DNA of 14,073 nucleotides from a virus (Duplodnaviria; Heunggongvirae; Uroviricota; Caudoviricetes): IMG/VR virus record IMGVR_UViG_2859810971_000003; one strand, 5' to 3'. Shown piece by piece: positions 1 to 7,426 of this stretch (position 1 is its first letter; each line of letters starts with the position of its first letter). The notes under the pieces were generated by a model. It saw only the letters and a program-made list of their open reading frames with translations, ran no database searches and was not told where the DNA came from. The position numbers and the translations under genes were made by a program.

Positions 1-303
1 ATGAGCAGAAAAACCCAACGTTACTCTAAAGAGTTCAAAGCCGAAGCTGTCAGAACGGTTCTTGAAAATCAACTTTCGATCAGTGAAGGCGCTTCCCGAT
101 TATCTCTTCCTGAAGGCACTTTAGGACAATGGGTTACCGCCGCCAGAAAAGGGCTCGGTACTCCTGGTTCCCGCACGCTGGCTGAACTGGAATCTGAAAT
201 TCTGCAACTGCGTAAGGCGTTAAATGAAGCTCGCCTTGAGCGAGATATATTAAAAAAAGCAACAGCGTATTTTGCACAGGAGTCGCTGAAAAATACGCGT
301 TAA
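1..303 (+). CDS. IS600 transposase OrfA (helix-turn-helix / leucine-zipper protein)
   Basis: 100-aa ORF MSRKTQRYSKEFKAEAV... typical of IS3-family OrfA. An A7G slippery run (about 254..261) precedes the stop. Confidence 0.9.
   Translation: MSRKTQRYSKEFKAEAVRTVLENQLSISEGASRLSLPEGTLGQWVTAARKGLGTPGSRTLAELESEILQLRKALNEARLERDILKKATAYFAQESLKNTR
254..261 (+). other. Programmed -1 ribosomal frameshift site (A-AAA-AAG heptamer) for the OrfAB fusion
   Basis: TTAAAAAAAGC lies in the orfA/orfB overlap, and the -1 frame stays open into orfB. This is the standard IS3-family arrangement. Confidence 0.6.
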
Positions 304-338
304 TCGAACAATGGCGACAACAATTTCCCATTGAAGCG

Positions 339-1155
339 ATGTGTCAGGTATTTGGTGTATCCAGGAGCGGTTATTACAACTGGGTACAGCATGAACCCTC
401 AGACAGAAAACAAAGTGATGAGCGGCTAAAACTGGAGATTAAGGTGGCACATATCCGCACTCGCGAAACATATGGAACCCGGCGGCTCCAGACGGAGCTG
501 GCAGAGAATGGCATCATCGTTGGTCGTGACCGACTGGCACGTCTTCGTAAGGAGCTGAGGCTACGCTGTAAGCAGAAACGCAAGTTCAGAGCGACTACGA
601 ACCCGAACCACAATCTGCCAGTTGCGCCAAATCTGCTGAACCAGACGTTCGCTCCTACAGCACCAAATCAGGTCTGGGTGGCGGACCTGACGTATGTTGC
701 CACACAGGAGGGATGGTTGTACCTCGCTGGCATCAAAGATGTTTATACGTGTGAAATTGTCGGCTACGCCATGGGAGAGCGCATGACAAAAGAGCTGACA
801 GGTAAAGCCCTGTTTATGGCGCTCAGGAGCCAGCGCCCACCTGCCGGGCTAATCCACCACTCTGATCGAGGTTCACAGTACTGCGCATACGATTACCGGG
901 TCATACAGGAGCAGTCTGGTCTGAAAACATCAATGTCGCGTAAAGGTAACTGTTACGACAACGCTCCGATGGAAAGCTTCTGGGAACGCTGAAAAATGAG
1001 AGCCTGAGCCACTATCGTTTTAATAACCGGGATGAAGCCATCTCAGTAATACGGGAATACATTGAGATTTTCTACAATCGTCAGCGTCGTCACTCTCGTC
1101 TGGGGAATATCTCCCGGCAGCCTTCAGGGAAAAATATCATCAGATGGCTGCTTAA
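339..1155 (+). pseudogene. IS600 transposase OrfB (DDE integrase), disrupted in this copy
   Basis: The first 216 aa are identical to the intact 272-aa OrfB of copy 2 (8614..9432). The frame is lost at about 982 (GGG here, GGGG in copy 2) and a second run differs at about 1111 (CCC vs CCCC). Confidence 0.85.
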
Positions 1156-1197
1156 AAAAGAACAAATGGTAGTGTCCGCTATTGCCAGTACACCTCA

Positions 1198-1357
1198 GTC
1201 AGATATGTCAGCAGCCCAAACAGCAGACTCCCAGCACGCCTATTGCCGCCCACTGAGACGGGGAAACCCTGTCCAGCAACTGCAGGAACCAGTAGCCCGT
1301 TCCCACCGCTGACGTGGTGTATGACACACCTGTTGTGATTTTTTCCATCTGGTCCAT
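1198..1357 (-). pseudogene. Class II (S21-like) phage holin, 3' part cut off by IS600 and apparently frameshifted
   Basis: [43 protein letters not shown] resembles the recalled phage 21 holin. The frame breaks at a C3 run (1230..1232), the alternate frame gives [12 protein letters not shown], and the ORF abuts the IS600 end. GGGAGACGGGG forms the ribosome-binding site. Confidence 0.6.
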
Positions 1358-1392
1358 ACCCCGTCTCCCGTTATCCGGAAGCTGACAACAAT

Positions 1393-1421
1393 AAAAAAGC
1401 CACCAGTTAACTACTGATGGC
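1393..1421 (-). terminator. Intrinsic terminator on the minus strand just upstream of the holin gene
   Basis: On the minus-strand RNA there is an 8-bp stem (GCCAUCAG/CUGGUGGC, one G-U pair), a 7-nt loop and a U6 tract. The plus-strand version has a C-A mismatch and no U tract. Confidence 0.5.
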
Positions 1422-1664
1422 TCTGATAACTCATGCAAGCGTCTCAGACGACCCACTGACACTACCGGTGAGTTTAACGATACCTTCCATTTGACTGGCT
1501 CACTTTTTATGATGATGCCGGTGCATTTATCTCCAGCACCAGACTTTCTATCTCAACGCCATACGTTGCATTTTTGGTAATATCCGTCAGCGTCAGTGCA
1601 TTTAGTCCCACTGCCAGACTGTCTTTTATGGCCTGGAATGCCGGGCCAGTACGATGACGTAGTA

Positions 1665-1852
1665 TCACTCCGGCTCAGTTGCACCACTGACCACCACATC
1701 ACCTTCTGCTGCAATCGCCTGCATCAGGGTATAAGGGTTATGGCCACCGGACTACCAAACGGCTGCCAGCCCTCTTTCAGTTTATGTGTCAGCTTTTCCG
1801 CAAGATCTGACGGCGGCGCCGCCCTGACAACATCATAGTGTTTAAATGCCAT
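1665..1852 (-). pseudogene. Small lambdoid late-region protein (DUF1737-like), apparently frameshifted
   Basis: MAFKHYDVVRAAPPSDLAEKLTHKLKEGWQPFGSPVAIT then a stop. The -1 frame continues as PYTLMQAIAAEGDVVVSGATEPE. The break is at a GGG run (about 1725..1727). GGTGGAAAG ribosome-binding site. The family name is from memory. Confidence 0.4.
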
Positions 1853-2111
1853 GGTTCTTTCCACCATCTGAAAAATAATTCTTTAAAATACCTGACATGT
1901 AATACAGAAAAAACACAAAACCATACCTTAAATAAAAACCTGATTATCAAGCAGATATGCATGGATAAACTACAAGACGAGATATAAACCACCCTGCATT
2001 TAAATAAACAATAAACAACATCAGAAAAATAATTCTGCTCTATGGTTTAATTCAAAAATATCATTTATACTTTTCAGAACATCACCAGCAAGGCATAAAC
2101 AAGGAAACTAA

Positions 2112-2447
2112 ATGAAGTGGATTGTGATTGATACAGTTATCCAGCCATCATGCGGAATATCTTTTTCAGTCATATGGAGTAAAATAAAATTAATAATCTG
2201 GTATCAATCGGATGCTTTCTTACCTCCTGAAAGTATATTTACACTGACTCACACAGGCATCATGCTCAATAACAAAGTGCTACCTGTAACCATTTACAAC
2301 GTAGTACCATTCAATAAAACATTCTGGAATTTAATCAAAAACAGCCAGGAATGCCCTACAAATACAGATAACGTATTGAATGAATGCTTTAATAACCGTT
2401 GCACTCTGCAAATATGTCCTTATGGACTAAAACAACAAAGTCCATAA
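2112..2447 (+). CDS. Hypothetical 111-aa protein, AT-rich orphan cargo gene, cysteine-rich C-terminus
   Basis: AAGGA ribosome-binding site 6 nt before the ATG. A 111-codon open frame in DNA of roughly 30% GC is unlikely by chance. Six ATA codons. Four Cys in the last 25 aa. No recognisable family. Confidence 0.45.
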   Translation: MKWIVIDTVIQPSCGISFSVIWSKIKLIIWYQSDAFLPPESIFTLTHTGIMLNNKVLPVTIYNVVPFNKTFWNLIKNSQECPTNTDNVLNECFNNRCTLQICPYGLKQQSP

Positions 2448-2482
2448 GGAGTTTACTCACATCTGACAAAATCAATATAAAC

Positions 2483-2507
2483 AGCCCCTCTGGAGAGGGG
2501 CTGGAGA
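2483..2507 (-). terminator. Intrinsic terminator hairpin (CAGCCCCTC-TGGA-GAGGGGCTG); the U tract is on the minus strand
   Basis: Perfect 9-bp GC-rich stem. On the minus strand it is followed by TTTATATTGATTTT. It lies between convergent ORFs and could act in both directions. Confidence 0.55.
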
Positions 2508-2892
2508 GTGGCGCTATGTGCCATTCCATGGTGCCGGGTGCCTCCCGGTGAATTCAGTACCAGCACCTGAATCCGCGATTATCCCATATACCTACTCGCT
2601 GATTGCCCTCCGCACAGGGGATTCACCATGCCAGTTTCTTTTAACAAACTCCCCGCAAACCAGACAACAGTCAACCGCCTGAATTGTGAAGTATTTAAAA
2701 ATTTCTCCCGCTAACTGATACCCGGCTAACAGTCTGGCGTTTTCTTTTTCAGCAACGGGAAAGCAACAACCACCACACCCGCCACCAGCACACCGTCAGC
2801 CGGCACTGACATTATCCGGCTGCTGCAATGCCATTAACAAAAACAGTAAGCAATCACTTTTTACCGTAACAGGTGATAATCCAGATATGTAT

Positions 2893-3246
2893 CTACCCCA
2901 GATGAGTAATCCGAAGTTCATCCATACCACAGGTCCTGGCTATTCTGTTGTACTCCTGAACAAGAGCAAATAATTCTGAATTAGCAACCATGAACTCATC
3001 GCAAACCCTCTGTATAGCATCACTATTCAGAATAATAACGTCTCTTCCCGAAAGACGATCAGGAGTACAGAACAAAACTGTCAAACGGCTGAAGGCCTTT
3101 GCTCGTGCTGCATTGACTATATCAATACGCTGCCTAAGGATGAAACACCCCGACGCCTCATCAATATTCACTCTACCCACACCATATGAATGATAAATAC
3201 TTAATGCTGAAAAAACCATTAGACCGTATAACAAATACTCAATCAA
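2893..3246 (-). CDS. Hypothetical protein (108 to 117 aa) in the stx-equivalent cargo position; start uncertain (TTG at 3246 or ATG at 3219)
   Basis: Open frame in AT-rich DNA, same orientation as the late operon. Six of eight Arg codons are AGA/AGG and there are three ATA codons, matching the adjacent tRNAs. Hydrophobic N-terminus. No strong ribosome-binding site. Confidence 0.35.
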   Translation of the reverse strand: MIEYLLYGLMVFSALSIYHSYGVGRVNIDEASGCFILRQRIDIVNAARAKAFSRLTVLFCTPDRLSGRDVIILNSDAIQRVCDEFMVANSELFALVQEYNRIARTCGMDELRITHLG

Positions 3247-3356
3247 TACTTAACAGAACTTTTATTTTTGACAAATATATAATATTTTCAACAATATCCT
3301 GAGCCAGGTATATTTCAGTATAAGGCTCTGCCGGAAGGAATCTGGAAGAATGAATA

Positions 3357-3433
3357 TGGCGCGCTGTACTGGATTCGAACCAGTGACCGATTGCTTAGAA
3401 GGCAATTGCTCTGTCCGGCTGAGCTAACAACGC
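3357..3433 (-). tRNA. tRNA-Arg (anticodon UCU), phage-borne, argN/argO-like
   Basis: Cloverleaf folded by hand: 7-bp acceptor stem (one G-U), D arm GCTC/GAGC, anticodon loop CTTCTAA, T arm ACTGG-TTCGAAT-CCAGT, encoded CCA. Confidence 0.9.
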
Positions 3434-3534
3434 TGAATACCGATAATGGACCGCCATCGGGGACCCGCCCCCCGCACCAACAACCCTGTTATCGTGTCGT
3501 CTGCTCTTCCTGATAAGCTAATGGCGGTTTGTGA

Positions 3535-3610
3535 TGGTGGCCCTTGCTGGATTTGAACCAGCGACCTGGCGATTATGTGTCGCTCGCTCTCACCACTGAG
3601 CTAAAGGGCC
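3535..3610 (-). tRNA. tRNA with anticodon CAU, most similar to tRNA-Ile2 (ileX/ileZ-like); position 33 is A
   Basis: Acceptor GGCCCTT/AAGGGCC, D arm GCTC-AGTGGTGA-GAGC, anticodon loop CACATAA, T arm GCTGG-TTCAAAT-CCAGC, encoded CCA. About 90% identical to the recalled E. coli ileX. Confidence 0.85.
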
Positions 3611-3654
3611 GGGAGCAGAATAATAACGGTCCGTAATTAATTTCGCAATAAATA

Positions 3655-4385
3655 TCCTCCGGCATAGCCGGAGGTTTTTCAAATGCGCCTGTAAGGCTCT
3701 GTTACCAGCCGCGCCCTAACAGGCGCATACGATCTGACATTTGCATTCAACTTCGTTACTTACGGCCCGTAAACGGGCTGCCCGGATATGGAATCGATAA
3801 CTGCTCCCCATTTTATCCTCTTCAAGCTGGTGCTTTATGTAGTCCTGTATCTTCGCCGTGTTCTTACCCACCGTATCGACATAGTACCCTCGGCACCAGA
3901 ACTCCCTGTTTCTGTATTTGAATTTCAAATCCCCAAACTGCTCGTAAAGCATCAGACTGCTTTTCCCTTTCAGATATCCCATAAAGCCGGATACGCTCAT
4001 TTTGGGTGGGATTTCCACAAGCATATGGATATGATCTGCGCAGCACTCTGCTTCCAGAATCCGTACGCTTTTCCACTCACACAGCTTTCTCAAAATACTG
4101 CCTATCGCCCTACGCTTCTCTCCGTAAAACGCCAGTCTTCGGTATTTCGGCGCAAAAACTATGTGATATTTACAGTTCCAGCGGGTGTGCGCTAAGCTCT
4201 TTTCGTCCCCCATTGGGACCCCCTTTTGATTTCTTGTTTGACACTTGCAGTTGCCAGACCGCAAGGTGTTTTAACAAATCAAAAGGGGTTTTAATAACTG
4301 GCTCAAAGCTGAAAGCTTTCCGGAACCCCCAGCCTAGCTGGGGGTTTTCTGTGCACAATAAAAAACCCGCTCAGCGGCGGGTTGT
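3655..4385 (-). mobile_element. IS200 (IS200/IS605 family) insertion; boundaries approximate to about 20 bp
   Basis: tnpA flanked by the expected structures: an end-proximal terminator hairpin (CCCGCCGCTGAGCGGG then T6, plus 4359..4383), a second hairpin (4321..4347), a long-range stem that sequesters the tnpA ribosome-binding site, and a hairpin near the other end (3657..3677). Confidence 0.7.
3756..4213 (-). CDS. tnpA: IS200 transposase TnpA (Y1 HUH transposase), C-terminal frameshift in this copy
   Basis: MGDEKSLAHTRWNCKYHIVFAPKYRR...GYYVDTVGKNTAKIQDYIKHQLEEDKMG matches the recalled IS200 TnpA. The canonical end EQLSIPYPGSPFTGRK is in the -1 frame after a C4 run (3806..3809). The span is 458 nt, one short of the 459 expected. 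Confidence 0.85.
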
Positions 4386-4430
4386 AGAAACTCTTCTAAC
4401 GCCAGGCATAAAACGCCCATCATTATGACG

Positions 4431-4458
4431 AATTTACCACAGATTCCGGAAAAATCAA
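4431..4458 (-). promoter_or_regulatory. Candidate late promoter (pR'-like) just downstream of Q: TTGATT-N16-TAAATT
   Basis: Sigma70-like hexamers on the minus strand with 16-nt spacing, about 10 to 35 nt past the Q stop, in the position lambdoid phages place pR'. The match is weak. Confidence 0.25.
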
Positions 4459-4463
4459 CCTTG

Positions 4464-5285
4464 TTACCTAGTTACCTTTTTTAACTGCCGCTCAGCCCAT
4501 GCTTCTTCAATATCAAACCGGGTCACCAGCGCATCATAAAATTTCTTAACTGTTTTTTCCCATGACGCGCGTGTTATCTGGTTTGTCACCTCGCATATAG
4601 CATTAAATGCCTCCGTTGATGGTAGTCTTTCATAGCCACGACCACCACAACGCTGGCAGTCTCTGATAACAGGCATACCACGTTTTACCGACTCTTCACG
4701 ATGAATGGCGACACCACGCCCACGGCAATCCTTACAGGCGGTGGAAACCTCACCCTTTCCGCCACACTCCGGACAGGCAACTTTTACCACCTCCCTGACT
4801 TTTTTCCATTCTTCCCAGTAAGACGGATACACACCTTTCGTACACTTTGCCCATACCGGCGGCTTACCATCCGGATACTGGATCTTGTTTGTAAAAACTA
4901 TGCTTTCAATAAATTTTTCCCCATAGCAACAAGGGCACTGCTTTTTACTCGCTGCGCTGCGGGCATAATCCTCAAAAGCGTACGAAGCCATAATGCGCAT
5001 CACTACCGGTTTTATTTCTGCCGGAAGTTTTCTCAACGCCGCCACACGATCGCACCGACTGAGTGCATAATCTGCCAGTAATTCTGTTGCCCGCGCCCTG
5101 TCATTCATACTGATGCCCATTTTCCCCAGGAACGCAGAAAAACCCATCTCAGCCCGATTCTGTGTCATGCCCTGCGCGGCCATCACATCAGTGATACTCA
5201 GCGCATCTTTTGACGTTGAGGCCGATGCATCGGTCAGGCCAGGGGATTTTGGGGAGTAGTATTTCGGTAAATCTTCCAGTTTCAT
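4464..5285 (-). CDS. Late-gene antitermination protein Q-like (QuuQ / Phage_antitermQ-like), 273 aa, with CxxCxGxG zinc-finger repeats
   Basis: It follows rusA and precedes the promoter, tRNAs and lysis genes, which is the Q position. It contains CPECGGKG, CKDCRGRG and CQRCGGRG repeats. The family assignment is from memory and gene order. Confidence 0.6.
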   Translation of the reverse strand: MKLEDLPKYYSPKSPGLTDASASTSKDALSITDVMAAQGMTQNRAEMGFSAFLGKMGISMNDRARATELLADYALSRCDRVAALRKLPAEIKPVVMRIMASYAFEDYARSAASKKQCPCCYGEKFIESIVFTNKIQYPDGKPPVWAKCTKGVYPSYWEEWKKVREVVKVACPECGGKGEVSTACKDCRGRGVAIHREESVKRGMPVIRDCQRCGGRGYERLPSTEAFNAICEVTNQITRASWEKTVKKFYDALVTRFDIEEAWAERQLKKVTR

Positions 5286-5299
5286 TTTTTGACCTGCTC

Positions 5300-5656
5300 T
5301 TAATGCATTATGGGGTAAATCTTCACCCCCAGACGTCCACCAGATACTGGCTGACCACGAACGATATTGATTTCATCAAACTGCTCATCGTCCATTAACA
5401 CTCCCGCATGCGTCAGCGCATCCAGCGGTGCTTTCAGGATATTGTCCAGGTCGCGACGACGCTTATCCGGTGGCTCTGCAATCACCTTTATCGCCAGCCT
5501 TCCGGACAGGCTTAATTTCAGCCGCTGCTGGCGAACAATAAGCGCCACAGCCCGGCGATAACGCTTTCCCTCCTCCGAGATAAAATATGTGCTGCCACGG
5601 CGTCGCCAGTAAGTGTTCACCGTCGGCGGGTAAGGTAAAACCAAATCTATGAGCAT
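5300..5656 (-). CDS. rusA: RusA-family Holliday junction resolvase (prophage endodeoxyribonuclease)
   Basis: 118 aa with PYPPTVNTYW...RRRDLDNILKAPLDALTHAGVLMDDEQ, matching the RusA core including the catalytic acidic residues. Lies in the nin-like region. Confidence 0.85.
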   Translation of the reverse strand: MLIDLVLPYPPTVNTYWRRRGSTYFISEEGKRYRRAVALIVRQQRLKLSLSGRLAIKVIAEPPDKRRRDLDNILKAPLDALTHAGVLMDDEQFDEINIVRGQPVSGGRLGVKIYPIMH

Positions 5657-5668
5657 CAGTCACCTCTT

Positions 5669-6718
5669 TTACCCAAGCACGCCAGTTGCAAAGGCGTGAT
5701 CAAGAAAACGAAAAATTAAATCAACCTGAGAACCATGCTTTTCTTCGAACGCCAGAGGATCCGCATGAAGCTCGTTGTGATGCTCCCGACACAGCGGTAG
5801 CGTGAAAATATCGTGAGATTTGGTCCCCATTCCGCCCTGACCATGACCAATCAGGTGATGGGGATCGTCGGCTGGCTTACCACAACACGCACACGGCTGT
5901 GTCTTCACCCAGCGTTTGTATTTCTCGTTAACCCAGCGGCGACGTTTAGGTCGTTTCATGAAAGATTCCGGAGACTCAGGATCAACGGCAATGCTGACCA
6001 CCGTCTTTTCCTGTTGTGGGTTCTGTTGCTGGTGGGCGTGAGGCAGCGGCGCAAGATTTTTTGTGCGCTGTTTCAGTATGCTGGTGGCGGTCTGCTCTCC
6101 CGGTACGATGTCGCTTTCACGGTACATTGAGCGGATTTTTTCCGCACGCAACCCCAGCGAACGACGTAATACCGCTTCCGGTAGCGCGTCCGCCACCCGA
6201 TTGCGGACCGCCCACCAGGATAATTCAGCTAGAGATAATTCACGCTCCTGCGTACCGCTTATTGCGTGACCGATGACGTCAATCATCCATGCTGACAGGT
6301 TTTGATGAGCAAGTTGCTCGAGTGATTCGGATGTCTGGTCACGCAACTGGTTGTCGCAGTGCCAGCACAACACCATTGCGCCGGTACCATAACGGTGAAT
6401 GACGGTTTCGCTGTGATGATAATCGCCGTGTGGCCACTGGCAGGATTTAATATGGCGCAACAGCCAGTCAGACAATGCGCCAGCACCACCAGCAGCACGA
6501 ATCACCCGTGCGTTACTGAAAAACGGCAGCAATGTTTTGTCTTCCACTAGCGGCTGGCGAACGGCAGGAACGACCCCGGACGGCAGATTACGCATGCTTT
6601 TCGGTTCCGGCTCCACCAGTACCCGGGTATTGTGGAATACCGGCATGGATTCACGGCCTGGCTTAAGGACCACCAGCCCGAGTTCCGGAACCAGAACAGG
6701 TCGAAGTAATACCCGCAC
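5669..6718 (-). CDS. ydfU: YdfU-like prophage protein (DUF968) with a C-terminal HNH nuclease motif; GTG start
   Basis: 349 aa. C-terminus CACCGKPADDPHHLIGHG...TLPLCREHHNELH. The GTG start sits 1 nt after the upstream ORF's TAA, inside GGAGGTAACGTG. Confidence 0.85.
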   Translation of the reverse strand: MRVLLRPVLVPELGLVVLKPGRESMPVFHNTRVLVEPEPKSMRNLPSGVVPAVRQPLVEDKTLLPFFSNARVIRAAGGAGALSDWLLRHIKSCQWPHGDYHHSETVIHRYGTGAMVLCWHCDNQLRDQTSESLEQLAHQNLSAWMIDVIGHAISGTQERELSLAELSWWAVRNRVADALPEAVLRRSLGLRAEKIRSMYRESDIVPGEQTATSILKQRTKNLAPLPHAHQQQNPQQEKTVVSIAVDPESPESFMKRPKRRRWVNEKYKRWVKTQPCACCGKPADDPHHLIGHGQGGMGTKSHDIFTLPLCREHHNELHADPLAFEEKHGSQVDLIFRFLDHAFATGVLG

Positions 6719-6719
6719 G

Positions 6720-6998
6720 TTACCTCCAGATCCGTTGCTGGAATGTGCGGGACGGACGCGGTGGCTGTTCGGAGTAAGGGAGCCTGACGGAGATTATCCA
6801 GTGACGGTAGTCGAGGCTAAGGGCTTTTTTAACCTCGCATCCGCGCCTGCGGTAACACTGAATGAGCCATTCGGCCTGTTCTTCAGTGCATGAGGGATGC
6901 TGGTACCAGTCTAACTTAAATGCGTGAGAATACCGCTCGTGCGTGTGGGCAAGAACGGTCGAATTATCATGATTGTAATATTTTGCGTTGCGTGCCAT
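6720..6998 (-). CDS. Hypothetical 92-aa prophage protein, translationally coupled to ydfU
   Basis: GGAGA ribosome-binding site 7 nt before the ATG. Its stop is 1 nt from the ydfU GTG start. Confidence 0.5.
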   Translation of the reverse strand: MARNAKYYNHDNSTVLAHTHERYSHAFKLDWYQHPSCTEEQAEWLIQCYRRRGCEVKKALSLDYRHWIISVRLPYSEQPPRPSRTFQQRIWR

Positions 6999-7064
6999 CG
7001 GTTTTCTCCGGTGGCACGGTGTTACTCAGCGGGAGTTCAGCCCCGCGCAAGATTGTAGATGAGT

Positions 7065-7316
7065 TTATTCTTCTGAAAAAGCAGAAAAGCCAGCTTTTAT
7101 TCCGATCTCTTTCAATGCCTGTAATGAAGTGACAAACTCACCGTCGCGCAAGATAAATCCGTCCGTCACTCGGGCATCCACAAAATTAATTAACGCCGCC
7201 CCATTTTTTTGCAAACACACAATGCGGTAATGACTAACAATATTTCCATTTTCAACGCACACAGCATAGAGGCCATCTTCACAAAAAATTTTACGCAGTT
7301 CTTCGATGTTCATCAT
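7065..7316 (-). CDS. rem: Rem-like small prophage protein (83 aa)
   Basis: 83-aa ORF directly downstream of hokD, matching the Qin order relB-relE-hokD-rem-ydfU and the length of Rem. Assigned by synteny only. Confidence 0.5.
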   Translation of the reverse strand: MMNIEELRKIFCEDGLYAVCVENGNIVSHYRIVCLQKNGAALINFVDARVTDGFILRDGEFVTSLQALKEIGIKAGFSAFSEE

Positions 7317-7426
7317 CAGAATCCTTCCAGATAAGTAGCACTCCCCTGTTCGGGGTCCATCCCTTTTATCCCTGCGCGCTACTTAAGTATTTTTGATTCT
7401 ATTCCGGCACCATCCAGAACTTCAAA

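Larger units (their letters stand above)
1..1197 (+). mobile_element. IS600 (IS3 family) copy 1; left end lies outside the window, right end at ...GTACACCTCA (1197)
   Basis: orfA and orfB products match recalled IS600 proteins. The element ends in CA. The same terminal sequence recurs reverse-complemented at 8571, where the flanks diverge. Confidence 0.9.

Noticed and set aside
374-613. 79-aa ORF antisense to IS600 orfB, present identically in copy 2 at 9158..9397
   Set aside because: It lies wholly inside the transposase gene on the opposite strand and recurs only because the IS is duplicated.
1853-3356. Shiga toxin genes stxA/stxB at the canonical tRNA-to-lysis locus
   Set aside because: None of the frames I translated in this interval resembles recalled StxA or StxB. 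The locus architecture is Stx-phage-like but the cargo is different.
3434-3534. Possible third phage tRNA between the two tRNAs
   Set aside because: The sequence is GC-rich but has no TTCGAAT-type T loop and I could not fold a cloverleaf. At most it is a degenerate remnant.
3788-4428. Plus-strand ORFs of 135 and 140 aa, and minus-strand ORFs of 70 and 62 aa, across IS200
   Set aside because: They are antisense or out of frame relative to tnpA or lie in the structured IS200 end. The 182-aa track ORF is tnpA extended upstream to a non-native start.
5813-6893. Several 60 to 118 aa ORFs overlapping ydfU on both strands
   Set aside because: They are shadow frames inside a GC-rich gene. The 349-aa ydfU frame with its HNH motif explains the region.
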